Positions 8,775-19,937 of a DNA stretch of 36,789 nucleotides are shown here, in pieces. Where the stretch lies: contig JBDSFA010000292.1 of NCBI GenBank assembly GCA_039919785.1, positions 1 through 36,789 of the forward strand, given 5' to 3'. Origin of the DNA: Dokdonella sp. Lineage in GTDB: Bacteria > Pseudomonadota > Gammaproteobacteria > Xanthomonadales > Rhodanobacteraceae. The notes beneath the pieces were generated by a model, which worked only from the letters and a program-made list of their open reading frames with translations, was not told the origin of the DNA and did not search any database. The stretch's first letter is position 1. Each line of letters begins with the position of its first letter. A program made the position numbers and the translations under genes.

Positions 8775-9167
8775 ATGATCGACCACTTCGGTTTTGCAGT
8801 GTCAGACCTGGCACGCAGCCGCACGTTCTATGTGAAGGTATTCGCACCCCTCGGCTTCGCCCCCGTAATGGACGTGACCCGTGAGCAGACCGGTGGCTAC
8901 GAAGGCACCGGATTCGGACTGCCCGGCCGACCAGAGTTCTGGATCGGCAATGGCGACCGGCCCAGCGGTCCGATGCATGTCGCTTTTGAAGCGAACTCAC
9001 GTGCCGCCGTCGATGCGTTCTACAACGCCGCGATTGAGGCCGGCGGCCACGACAACGGTGCACCCGGCTTGCGCCCCCACTATCATGAACACTACTACGG
9101 CGCTTTCGTGCTCGACCCCGACGGTCACAATATCGAAGCGGTCTGCCATGCTCCACCCACCGGATGA
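8775..9167 (+). CDS. VOC family protein
   Basis: MIDHFGFAVSDL, HVAFEA, DNGAPGLRPHYH, YYGAFVLDPDGHNIEAVC; GGAG RBS. Confidence 0.92.
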   Translation: MIDHFGFAVSDLARSRTFYVKVFAPLGFAPVMDVTREQTGGYEGTGFGLPGRPEFWIGNGDRPSGPMHVAFEANSRAAVDAFYNAAIEAGGHDNGAPGLRPHYHEHYYGAFVLDPDGHNIEAVCHAPPTG

Positions 9168-9207
9168 CACCCTCCTCTCCATCCAACCCTCGCCGTGAAG
9201 AAGAGGG
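9167..9207 (-). repeat. Degenerate BoxC-like repeat module
   Basis: Minus strand CCCTCTTCTTCACGGCGAGGGTTGGATGGAGAGGAGGGTGT resembles the copies at 376-412 and 10207-10245. Confidence 0.65.
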
Positions 9208-9222
9208 CTACGAGTGCATCGC

Positions 9223-11277
<2,055 letters not shown>

Positions 11278-11287
11278 GGATGTCCAA

Positions 11288-11590
11288 ATGATCGCAACCG
11301 TCTGGCGTTTCCACGTCCATTCCGAGTCGGCAAAAGCGTTTGAACGCATCTATGGCCCGCACGGCGACTGGGCGCGTCTGTTCGCGCGCGCGGAAGGCTA
11401 TTCAGGCACCGAGCTGCTGCGCCTCGACGGCGATGAATTGGTCTACTTGACCATCGACCGCTGGTACAGCGCATCGGACTACGAACGGGCAAAGCTCGAC
11501 CTGGATTCTGAAATCGGCGAACTTGATCTTCGTTGTGAAGACTACACGTCGGAAGAAACCTGGCTCGGCATTCACACCGTGCTCGGATAG
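11288..11590 (+). CDS. Antibiotic biosynthesis monooxygenase (ABM)-like protein
   Basis: FERIYGPHGDWARLF...GYSGTELL...YLTIDRW pattern; GAGGA RBS; 100 aa. Confidence 0.75.
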   Translation: MIATVWRFHVHSESAKAFERIYGPHGDWARLFARAEGYSGTELLRLDGDELVYLTIDRWYSASDYERAKLDLDSEIGELDLRCEDYTSEETWLGIHTVLG

Positions 11591-11665
11591 ATGCGGCGCA
11601 GCACACGAAGAACTGCGCTTCGTTGCGAGAACGGAAGCGACAGCATTGAACCTGGAGACCCTGCA

Positions 11666-12325
11666 ATGAAGCAAGCAAGCTGCCTCGGACTGACTCTGAC
11701 GCTACTCCTGCTCACTGGCTGCGTGGAAACACGTTTCGAGTCGCCGCTTGGCGACAACATCGAAACCTGCGACGTGCGCTGGAAGGGTCTGTGGACTGGC
11801 GTCGAGGATGCGCCGATCGACAGTGACAGCAATACCTCGGCGTTCAACGTCAATGACAACTGCGAGTTCACCGTACTCGACCAACCCGAAAAGGGCGGCC
11901 CACTCAAACGTGTGCATGTGCCATTGAACTACGTGCATGCGGGCGGCAACGACTTCATCGTCGTCGCCGACAGCGCGATCAAGGGGCTGGTCAAGCTGAA
12001 GCCGCCGCACGCGGTCGATCCGGTGCCGGAGAAGTCGTTTTTTTTCATGCGCTATCGCGTGCGCGGCAATCGCATCGAGCTGTACCAGGTCGACAGCAAG
12101 CACCTCGCAAAACTCATCGTCGATGGCAAACTCGATGGCACCGTCGACAAGAGTGCGAATGACCTGCACGTGTTCGTGCACGGCAGTCGCGCCCAGATGC
12201 TCGACCTAGTCCAGCGTGAATCCGTCTTCGAATCCAAGCCCAACCTGCAAATCGCGCGCAGCAAGCAAACGCTCGCAGAGTTCGAGCAATCCGCGCAGCG
12301 CGCTGCACCCGGCAAGAAACCATGA
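11666..12325 (+). CDS. Hypothetical lipoprotein
   Basis: GGAG RBS; MKQASCLGLTLTLLLLTG-C lipobox; stop overlaps the liuE start (ATGA). Confidence 0.8.
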   Translation: MKQASCLGLTLTLLLLTGCVETRFESPLGDNIETCDVRWKGLWTGVEDAPIDSDSNTSAFNVNDNCEFTVLDQPEKGGPLKRVHVPLNYVHAGGNDFIVVADSAIKGLVKLKPPHAVDPVPEKSFFFMRYRVRGNRIELYQVDSKHLAKLIVDGKLDGTVDKSANDLHVFVHGSRAQMLDLVQRESVFESKPNLQIARSKQTLAEFEQSAQRAAPGKKP

Positions 12326-13221
12326 GCGCAATGCCGTACCAGGTCCGCATCGTCGAAGTCGGCGCACGCGATGGCCTGCAGAACGAAAAGACGATCATCG
12401 CAGCCGCCACCAAGATCGAGCTGATCGACCGGCTTTCAGCGACCGGCTTGCGCACGATCGAGGCGACCAGTTTCGTCAGTCCGAAATGGATACCGCAGCT
12501 GGCCGACGCTGCCGAAGTGTTCAGCGGCATTTTGAAAAAATCCGGTGTCACCTATCCGGTGCTGGTACCAAATCTGCAGGGATACGAACGCGCGCGTGAA
12601 GTCGGCGCGAACGAAGTTGCGATCTTCACGGCAGCGTCCGAGGCATTCAATCGAAAAAACGTCAATGCTTCGATCGATGAATCGATCGAGCGCTTCATGC
12701 CCGTGCTGGAACGCGCACACGCTGACGGCGTCAAGGTGCGCGGCTATGTATCGACGGTGCTCGGCTGCCCCTATCAGGGTGACGTTGCGCTTGCCGATGT
12801 CGTGCGCGTCGCAAAACGGCTGCATGATCTGGGCTGCTATGAGATTTCGCTCGGCGACACCATCGGCATCGGCACACCGGGCAAGGCACGCGCGATGTTG
12901 CGCGCAGTCGCGATCGAGGTGCCGATGTCGGCACTCGCCGTGCATTTCCACGACACGCGCGGGCAAGCGCTCGCAAACGTCCTTGCTTGTCTCGAGGAAG
13001 GCGTTGCCGTCGTCGACAGTTCGGTGTCGGGCACCGGCGGTTGTCCTTACGCCAAAGGTGCGACCGGCAATGTCGCGACCGAGGACGTCGTCTACATGCT
13101 CGAAGGTATGGGCATTGCGACCGGCATCGACTTGCCTGCGCTGATAGCAACCGGTCTGTGGCTGAGCGACCAGCTCGGGCGCGCGACCTCCAGTCGTGTC
13201 GCGCGCGCGAGCGCAGCATGA
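12322..13221 (+). CDS. liuE: Hydroxymethylglutaryl-CoA lyase
   Basis: EVGARDGLQNE, TSFVSPKWIPQ, SLGDTIG, AVHFHDT, GGCPYAKGATGNVATED. Confidence 0.95.
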   Translation: MSAMPYQVRIVEVGARDGLQNEKTIIAAATKIELIDRLSATGLRTIEATSFVSPKWIPQLADAAEVFSGILKKSGVTYPVLVPNLQGYERAREVGANEVAIFTAASEAFNRKNVNASIDESIERFMPVLERAHADGVKVRGYVSTVLGCPYQGDVALADVVRVAKRLHDLGCYEISLGDTIGIGTPGKARAMLRAVAIEVPMSALAVHFHDTRGQALANVLACLEEGVAVVDSSVSGTGGCPYAKGATGNVATEDVVYMLEGMGIATGIDLPALIATGLWLSDQLGRATSSRVARASAA

Positions 13222-13306
13222 CTTGCTTTGCCGCCTGACAGGGTTCCGCACTCGCTGCGCATCTACCCTCGCTATACTCGGACTCCCTTCTGACGCGGTC
13301 CGGCCG

Positions 13307-14119
13307 ATGCCCGCCAAACTCGCCCCCGACCGCCATCGCGGCCTGATTGTCGCCAGCGGCGAGCTCGGTACCGATGGGCGCGACGCGCAGTTGCTGGGGC
13401 GCATCCTTGCCCTGATTGGCCCGCAGCCCCGCGTGGTCGTGCTCAGCGCGATGGAAACCATCGACGAAGCCGATGCCGATATTGAAGCCGCACTGTATGC
13501 GGCCGCTGCGGGCGAAGTACGGCGCAGCGCACTGCAATCGCGCGCGGACAGCGATCAGCGAGCGTTGCTCGACGCCGTCGAACACGCGCAACTGCTCCTG
13601 CTGCTATCCGATCAACCCTTGCGCCTGTCGACGCTGATCGGCGGCACAGCGCTCGCGCGCGCAATTCGTCGTCGCAACGCAGACGGCTTGGCCGTTGCGG
13701 GCTGTGGCGCAGGTGCCGCATTGTTGTGCGAGCACATGCTGACGCATGGTGCACAAGGCGCGACACCGCGCAGCGGTGGTGCAAATCTCGCACCGGGGCT
13801 CGGCCTCACCAATCGCGTCGTCATCGACCAGGGTGGCCACGCCAGCGATCGTCTGGGACGGCTGCTCGCCGCACTTGCGCTGAATCCATTCGCACTCGGC
13901 CTGGGTCTCGATGCTGCAACCGCCGCCGTGATTGGCCCGGACAACGTACTCGAAGTCATCGGTGCCGGCGGCGTAACCCTGATCGACCCCGCCGAAATGG
14001 CCGACTCGAATGTCGCCGACGTGGCGCCGGGCGCCCCGATCCGCATTACCAACCTGCGCTTGCACGCATTGACGGGTGGCGCACGTTACGACCTCGATTT
14101 TCGCCGCACGGTCGACTGA
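13307..14119 (+). CDS. Cyanophycinase (peptidase S51/CphB)-like protein with degenerate active site
   Basis: Scaffold matches CphB (QPLRLSTLIGGT, LAPGLGL..RVVIDQ, RLGRLLAALALNP, EVIGAGGVT.ID, LRLHAL..G.RYDL), but GTSAGA reads GCGAGA, DQHF reads DQGG and GIDE reads GLDA. Confidence 0.8.
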   Translation: MPAKLAPDRHRGLIVASGELGTDGRDAQLLGRILALIGPQPRVVVLSAMETIDEADADIEAALYAAAAGEVRRSALQSRADSDQRALLDAVEHAQLLLLLSDQPLRLSTLIGGTALARAIRRRNADGLAVAGCGAGAALLCEHMLTHGAQGATPRSGGANLAPGLGLTNRVVIDQGGHASDRLGRLLAALALNPFALGLGLDAATAAVIGPDNVLEVIGAGGVTLIDPAEMADSNVADVAPGAPIRITNLRLHALTGGARYDLDFRRTVD

Positions 14120-14130
14120 TCCGAAATCGC

Positions 14131-14625
14131 ATGAATCCAAAACCGCCCTTCACGATCCGCCCGATTGAAACACGCGACGACGACGCCGTCGCCGCAATCA
14201 TCCGCGCGGTCATGCCGGAATTCGGCGCTGACGGTCCAGGCTTCGCGATCCATGACAGCGAGGTCGCGGCGATGAGCTCAGCCTATTCGCGATCGCGCTG
14301 CGCCTATTTCGTCGTCGAAAGCGAAGGCGGCGTGCGCGGCGGCGGCGGCATCGCTCCGCTCGAATCGGGCGACGTCGACATTTGTGAATTGCGCAAGATG
14401 TATTTCCTGCCCGCGCTGCGCGGCCTCGGTGCCGGACGCGCGCTGATCGAGCACTGCATGGACGTCGCGCGCGCATCCGGGTTCCGCCGCTGCTATCTGG
14501 AAACGCTGACCGGCATGGATGCGGCGCAGACCTTGTATCTGGCGAGTGGTTTTTCGCGCATTGATCACGCGCTCGGCGCCACCGGCCACCACGGCTGCAA
14601 TCGCTTCTATCTGCGCAATCTCTGA
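14131..14625 (+). CDS. GNAT N-acetyltransferase (YjgM-like)
   Basis: GGGGIAPL, CELRKMYFLPALRGLGAG, CYLETL, A..LY..SGF, GATGHHGC. Confidence 0.9.
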   Translation: MNPKPPFTIRPIETRDDDAVAAIIRAVMPEFGADGPGFAIHDSEVAAMSSAYSRSRCAYFVVESEGGVRGGGGIAPLESGDVDICELRKMYFLPALRGLGAGRALIEHCMDVARASGFRRCYLETLTGMDAAQTLYLASGFSRIDHALGATGHHGCNRFYLRNL

Positions 14626-14689
14626 CGACGCTCTCGCGCCCGACGCTTCGAACGCGCAACGTCCTGCAACATCTTCGCGCTCGTTCGAG

Positions 14690-14703
14690 TTGATCGCTGT
14701 CAA
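14690..14703. promoter_or_regulatory. Candidate FNR/Anr-type site upstream of DUF1800-DUF1501
   Basis: TTGAT-CGCT-GTCAA is a 9/10 match to TTGAT-N4-ATCAA, about 110 bp upstream of the ATG. It may instead be part of a hairpin (CGTTCG...CGAACG). Confidence 0.3.
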
Positions 14704-14812
14704 CCGAACGGATGCGCTCGCGTTCCTTTCTTTCGATCGAACCCAATTCCGCAACAGCTACTCGCAACCGTTGCGGACACCGACCGACTGTCCTTGAAGG
14801 GAGGAGCCGACC

Positions 14813-16624
14813 ATGCGGCCTCTGACGTTGCGTGCGTGTCGTATTTTGCGTGGGCTCGGCTTGTGGCGCGCCTGTCGATATTTCTTTTCCCTCGCCCTGC
14901 TGGCGCTCGTGCTCGGCGCGGCGCCGGCTTGGGCCTACGACGAGATCTACGGCAATGACCTTGAAATACCCCCGGACGCACCGTCCAGTGACGCCGAAGC
15001 CGCGCGCTTCCTCGGCATGGCGACGTTCGGACCGACTGCGGCGGAGATCGCCCATATCCGCGCCGTTGGTTACGACGAATGGGTGGCACAGCAACTTTCG
15101 ATGCCGACGACGCTGGAACGTCCTTACGTGGAGCAGATCGACGGTGTCACGCAACTGCGGAATCCGGGTCAGGCCGATCGCCTGCAGGCGTGGCTGAAAG
15201 CCGCAGTCACCGCGCCCGATCAATTGCGTCAGCGCATGGCGTGGGCGCTCAGCCAGATCATGGTCGTGACCTATGCACAAAGCATGCTTGGCGGTGATCC
15301 GGTCGCGTTGGCCGAGTACTCCGACACACTCGCGCGCGATGCAGCCGGTTACTACGACGGCAACAGCGGCTATCACGCTGGCACCTATCCAGCCCTGCTG
15401 TACGACGTGACGCGCACACCAGCAATGGGCAAGATGCTGACCTATCGCCGCAACAAGGCACGTAATGCGGGACTCGGCACCTTGCCCGACGAGAACTACG
15501 CGCGCGAAGTGATGCAGTTGTTCTCGATAGGTCTGGTGCTGCGCAATCCGGATTTCTCGCCAATCTACCCCACCGGTTGCGATCCGCTGCACGACCCAGA
15601 GTGCCTGCCGATACCGACATATCCGCAGGCGACGGTCAGTGCGTACGCGCAAGTGTTCACCGGCTGGAGCTACACGAGCGGCTTCAACAGCAATCCGACC
15701 CGAGGCCATTGGTCGGCGGCCGACTACCAGCCAATGCTCTGCTACGCCGAATTCCACGACGAAGCCGATCCAAAAACCTTGCTCAGCGACACCGGAAACT
15801 ACACTGCAGACACGAGCGATGCGCATGTCCTGCCCGCACACAACGGGTGCGAGAACGACCTTGCCCAGGGTGTCACGATCATCGCGCATCACCCGAACGT
15901 TGCACCGTTCATCTCGCGTCAGCTGATCCAGCGTTTCACCACGAGCAATCCGTCGCCCGCGTACATTGCGCGCGTTGCGCAGGTGTTCGCGGACAATGGC
16001 CATGGCGTCTACGGCGATCTCGGTGCCGTGATCAAAGCCGTATTGCTCGATGCGGAAGCGCGCAGCAATGCCACCGCGCCGCCCGCGCCGAATGTGTTCG
16101 GCAAGGCACGCGAGCCGCTTCTGAAGCTGACCGCGCTGTATCGCTATTACAACGCAGCGGCGGCGAACGGTCTGTATGCGTTTACGCCGGGCAACTACCA
16201 GGCGTATTTGCAGATTCCGCTGGGGGCGCCATCCGTATTCAACTTCTACCTTCCCGATTACCGCCCACCCGGCGAGCTCGGAGCAGCCGGCTTGTACGGG
16301 CCTGAGTTCCAGATCACCAATGAGAGTTCGGCTTTCACGGTCGCCAACGATCTGCGCACTCGCGCAATGGCCTACTTTGGAAATCCTGCGAATACAGGCG
16401 CAACGATCGCGCTTGACCTGCGCGGCTTGCAGGCGCAAGCCAGCGACCCTGCCATGCTGATCGGTCAACTCAACCACGACCTGATGGCCGGCGCGATGAG
16501 TATGCACATGCAGGCGACGCTGACGACGATGGTCGCAGCGCTTCCCGCGAGCGACGCCTATGGCCGCGTGACGGCAGCACTGCAGGTGTTGCTCGCTTCC
16601 CCCGAATTCGCGATCCAGAAGTGA
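14813..16624 (+). CDS. DUF1800 family secreted protein
   Basis: GGAGG RBS; signal peptide ending AWA; AARFL..ATFGPT, DQLRQRMAWALSQI, PDENYAREVMQLFSIG, HPNVAPFI, AILLD-like AVLLD, APSVFNFY, SPEFAIQK. Confidence 0.93.
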   Translation: MRPLTLRACRILRGLGLWRACRYFFSLALLALVLGAAPAWAYDEIYGNDLEIPPDAPSSDAEAARFLGMATFGPTAAEIAHIRAVGYDEWVAQQLSMPTTLERPYVEQIDGVTQLRNPGQADRLQAWLKAAVTAPDQLRQRMAWALSQIMVVTYAQSMLGGDPVALAEYSDTLARDAAGYYDGNSGYHAGTYPALLYDVTRTPAMGKMLTYRRNKARNAGLGTLPDENYAREVMQLFSIGLVLRNPDFSPIYPTGCDPLHDPECLPIPTYPQATVSAYAQVFTGWSYTSGFNSNPTRGHWSAADYQPMLCYAEFHDEADPKTLLSDTGNYTADTSDAHVLPAHNGCENDLAQGVTIIAHHPNVAPFISRQLIQRFTTSNPSPAYIARVAQVFADNGHGVYGDLGAVIKAVLLDAEARSNATAPPAPNVFGKAREPLLKLTALYRYYNAAAANGLYAFTPGNYQAYLQIPLGAPSVFNFYLPDYRPPGELGAAGLYGPEFQITNESSAFTVANDLRTRAMAYFGNPANTGATIALDLRGLQAQASDPAMLIGQLNHDLMAGAMSMHMQATLTTMVAALPASDAYGRVTAALQVLLASPEFAIQK

Positions 16625-16632
16625 GAAGCGCC

Positions 16633-18051
16633 ATGACGACTTCATATTCCCGCAATCGCCGCGACTTCCTCCGCAATGCTGCCTGCGCGACGCTCGCAGC
16701 GGCATCGGGCAACGCGCTGTTCGCGCAGATGCGCCTGATCAACAGCGCCGTCGGGGCAAGCCTCACCTGCCCCGGCTATCCGCCGGTCAACGACTACAAG
16801 GCGCTGGTTTGCATATTCCTTACAGGAGGCAACGATTCGTTCAATTTGCTGGTGCCCAGCGACATGCAGCGCTATGGCGTGTATTCCGCCTCACGCGGTG
16901 CGATGGCGATTGCGCGCGACCAATTGCTGCCGATCGACGTGCTCGGCGCCGGCGCTGGACAAAGCTATGGCGTGCACCCAAGCGTGCCGGAACTGGCCGA
17001 TCTGTTCGGCCAGGGACACGCCGCGTTCGTCGTGAACGCGGGCACCCTGCTGCAGCCGACCAACAAGACCCAGTATCTGAGCGGCACGTATCCGCTGCCG
17101 CCGCAGTTGTACTCGCATGCGGACCAGCAGCAACAGTGGCAATACGGCCAACCGACCGCGAATGGCAGCGTCGGCTGGGGCGGCCTCGTCGCAGACCGCC
17201 TGCATGTACTGAATGCCGGCGCCACGGTACCCATCTCGATTTCGCTGTCGGGGCAAAACCGCTATCAGGCAGGCGCCAGCGTTCAACCATATGCCGTTAG
17301 CAGTGCAGGCCCGACCGTGCTGCGCGGCTACAACGGAGCGCAGAATGCCCCGCAAAATGCAGCCCTGCACGACCTGTTCGAACACGCCTATGCCGACCCG
17401 CTCACGCGCACGTACGCAGCCACGTTCAACAATGCGCTCGACTATTACGGCACCATGACCGGTGCGCTTTCGAATGCGCCTGCACTGATGACGCAATTCC
17501 CGCCCGGCAATTCGCTTGGCGATTCGCTCAAGATGATCGCGCAGATAATTTCGGTACGCTCGACACTCAAGGCACAGCGGCAGATCTTCTTTGTTTCGCT
17601 TGGCGGTTTCGATACCCATGACGACATGCTGGCCGATCAGCCCGTGTTGTTCGAGACGATTTCGAAGGCGCTGGGCGCGTTCTACAAAGCAACCAAAGAG
17701 CTCGGCGTGCAGGACAATGTCACCTCGTTCACAATGTCGGAATTTTCGCGCACCTTGAACACCGATGGCGATGGTACCGACCATGCCTGGGGCGGCAACC
17801 AGTTCGTGATCGGTGGTGCGGTGCAGGGCCGCAGGCTCTATGGCACACCCGCAACCAGCGGCGGGATCTTCCCCGACCAGACACTCGATGGCGTGGATTG
17901 CCTGCAACGCGGTCAGATGATCCCGGCGACATCGTGCGACCAGTACTCGGCAACGCTGGCACGGTGGTTCGGCGTCAAAGACTGCGACCTGGCGACGATC
18001 TTTCCCTACCTCGGAAATTTCCCGACCAGCAATCTCGGTTTCCTCGGCTGA
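16633..18051 (+). CDS. DUF1501 family Tat-exported protein
   Basis: Tat motif RRDFL; DYKALVCIFL.GGNDS, LYSHADQ, GGFDTH, MSEFSRT, GTDHAWG; canonical partner of DUF1800. Confidence 0.93.
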   Translation: MTTSYSRNRRDFLRNAACATLAAASGNALFAQMRLINSAVGASLTCPGYPPVNDYKALVCIFLTGGNDSFNLLVPSDMQRYGVYSASRGAMAIARDQLLPIDVLGAGAGQSYGVHPSVPELADLFGQGHAAFVVNAGTLLQPTNKTQYLSGTYPLPPQLYSHADQQQQWQYGQPTANGSVGWGGLVADRLHVLNAGATVPISISLSGQNRYQAGASVQPYAVSSAGPTVLRGYNGAQNAPQNAALHDLFEHAYADPLTRTYAATFNNALDYYGTMTGALSNAPALMTQFPPGNSLGDSLKMIAQIISVRSTLKAQRQIFFVSLGGFDTHDDMLADQPVLFETISKALGAFYKATKELGVQDNVTSFTMSEFSRTLNTDGDGTDHAWGGNQFVIGGAVQGRRLYGTPATSGGIFPDQTLDGVDCLQRGQMIPATSCDQYSATLARWFGVKDCDLATIFPYLGNFPTSNLGFLG

Positions 18052-18096
18052 GGAAACACCCGCTGGCATCTGCATCTCGTCTGCAGGGCCGCTTTC

Positions 18097-18111
18097 TGGC
18101 ACAGCAATTGC
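18097..18111 (+). promoter_or_regulatory. sigma54 (RpoN) -24/-12 promoter candidate
   Basis: TGGCAC-AGCAA-TTGC matches TGGCAC-N5-TTGC exactly; intergenic, about 105 bp upstream of the ATG at 18218. Confidence 0.55.
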
Positions 18112-18217
18112 CAGCCTCGTCGCGGTGCCTGGGACCATTGACTGTCATCGCCTGCAGGAGGAAATTCTGCTCCCCGACGCGGGCGCGTCGGGCAAATATC
18201 CAACGAGGGACATAGTC

Positions 18218-18832
18218 ATGCTCGCATCCTGTCTGAGGAAACGTTCCATCGCCGCGGCACTTCTGGTCGCGCTCGCCTGCAGCGCCCAGGCCACGGACAA
18301 ACCCAAAGTCGCCGATGAGATTCACAGCGACAAGATGATGGCCGCCGCGAAAGGGCCGAGCGAAGCGGACATGATCGCAAGCGCAATGCGTGCCGCCCCC
18401 TCGGCTCTCGCCAAGGGCGCCACCATTGCCACGATGGATGGCAAAGGCGCAATGCACACGTTGCGCAAGGGCAGCAACGGCTTCACCTGCATGCCGGACA
18501 ATCCAGCCACGCCGGGCCCGGATTCGATGTGCATGGATCCGTCTGCGATGGAATGGATCAATGCCTATCTCGGGCACAAGCCGCCCACCGTGGGCAAGGT
18601 CGGCTTCATGTACATGCTCGAAGGCGGCACCGACGCGAGCAACACCGACCCGTACGCCGCGAAGCCCGACGTCAGCAACCACTGGATCAAGACTGGTCCA
18701 CACATCATGGTAGTCGGCGCTGATGCAGCATTCTACGACGCTTATCCGAAGAGCCCCGACCCCGACACATCGCAGCCCTACGTCATGTGGGCTGGAACGC
18801 CTTACCAGCATCTGATGGCGCCGGTGCACTGA
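18218..18832 (+). CDS. Conserved-type hypothetical secreted protein, Met/His/Cys-rich
   Basis: GAGGGA RBS; signal peptide ending AQA; motifs GSNGFTCMP, MCMD, YMLEGG..SNTDP, GPHIM, PYVMWAGTPYQHLM; strong GC3 bias. Confidence 0.8.
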   Translation: MLASCLRKRSIAAALLVALACSAQATDKPKVADEIHSDKMMAAAKGPSEADMIASAMRAAPSALAKGATIATMDGKGAMHTLRKGSNGFTCMPDNPATPGPDSMCMDPSAMEWINAYLGHKPPTVGKVGFMYMLEGGTDASNTDPYAAKPDVSNHWIKTGPHIMVVGADAAFYDAYPKSPDPDTSQPYVMWAGTPYQHLMAPVH

Positions 18833-18864
18833 ATCATCCGCTGCATGTTTGGCATCGCCAGTGG

Positions 18865-18910
18865 CGCTGATCCCTTGATGCGCTCCAACCGGGCTGTCGA
18901 AGGATCAGCG
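18865..18910. other. Intergenic hairpin
   Basis: CGCTGATCC...GGATCAGCG 9-bp stem with partial further pairing; no U-tract. Confidence 0.35.
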
Positions 18911-18978
18911 AACATCCGTGCAGGCGCTCGTGATGCGGGCTGCTAGAATCCGCGCCATCATCCATCGCGGGAATTCGC

Positions 18979-19746
18979 ATGCAACTCGATCAGGTCAAGG
19001 CCGTTGTCACCGGCGGTGCCTCCGGACTCGGCCTCGCGGTCGCTCGACATCTCGTCGCCCAAGGCGCAAGGGTCGCACTGCTCGACGTCAACGACGAAAA
19101 GGGCAATGCAGCGGCAAGTGAACTCGGCAGCGCAGCGAGCTACTTCCGCGCCGACGTAACCAACGAGGACGGCATCGCCGCGACGCTCAAGGACGCAAAA
19201 GCCAAGCTCGGCGGACTCAATGCCGTGGTCAGCTGCGCCGGCATCCTCGGTGCCGGGCGCGTGCTCGGCAAGGACGGACCGCTGCCACTGAAGATGTTCG
19301 CGACCACGGTCACGGTCAACCTCATCGGCAGCTTCAACGTAGCCAAGGCGGCGGCAGACCTGATGCAGCACAACGCGCCCGGGGAGGATGGCGAACGCGG
19401 CGTGATCATCAATACGGCGTCGATCGCAGCCTACGAAGGCCAGATCGGGCAAGCGGCCTACTCGGCATCGAAAGGCGGTGTCATCGCAATGACGCTGCCG
19501 ATGGCACGCGAATTCGCGCGCATCGGCGTGCGCGTGATGACGATCGCACCTGGCGTGTTCCATACCCCTATGGTCGACGGCATGCCCGAGGCGGTGTATC
19601 AGTCCCTGTGCGCACAGGTGCCCTATCCATCGCGCCTCGGCAAGCCCGAAGAATATGCCGATACCGTTGGCTTTATCCTGCAGAACCGCTATCTCAACGG
19701 CGAGACGATCCGTATTGATGGCGCGATCCGGCTGGCGCCGAAATAG
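18979..19746 (+). CDS. SDR, 3-hydroxyacyl-CoA dehydrogenase type 2 (HSD17B10-like)
   Basis: TGGASGLG, ERGVIINTASIAAYEGQIGQAAYSASKGG, NGETIRIDGAIRL. Confidence 0.92.
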   Translation: MQLDQVKAVVTGGASGLGLAVARHLVAQGARVALLDVNDEKGNAAASELGSAASYFRADVTNEDGIAATLKDAKAKLGGLNAVVSCAGILGAGRVLGKDGPLPLKMFATTVTVNLIGSFNVAKAAADLMQHNAPGEDGERGVIINTASIAAYEGQIGQAAYSASKGGVIAMTLPMAREFARIGVRVMTIAPGVFHTPMVDGMPEAVYQSLCAQVPYPSRLGKPEEYADTVGFILQNRYLNGETIRIDGAIRLAPK

Positions 19747-19754
19747 GCAACGCC

Positions 19755-19776
19755 TGTAGCGGCGGTTTCCGCCGCT
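19755..19776. repeat. GTAG-tagged short palindrome (REP-like) after the SDR gene
   Basis: TGTAGCGGCGG-TTT-CCGCCGCT, an 8-bp perfect stem preceded by and overlapping GTAG. Confidence 0.5.
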
Positions 19777-19937
19777 CCAACCGAAGCCGCTCATGCAGCG
19801 GCGCGATGCCGGCCCGCGCTTCGCATGCAGGAATCAGCGAGAATGGGCGTTTATAGCCACCACCCCGGGCAGGCGCAGTCCCGCAACCGCCCCACCCACC
19901 CATCCCGAATCCGCAACAAAAGCCAACGGAACGATCC

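Noticed and set aside
14210-16705. 831-aa minus-strand ORF
   Set aside because: Antisense shadow of GNAT/DUF1800 in high-GC DNA; Arg-rich with no motifs.
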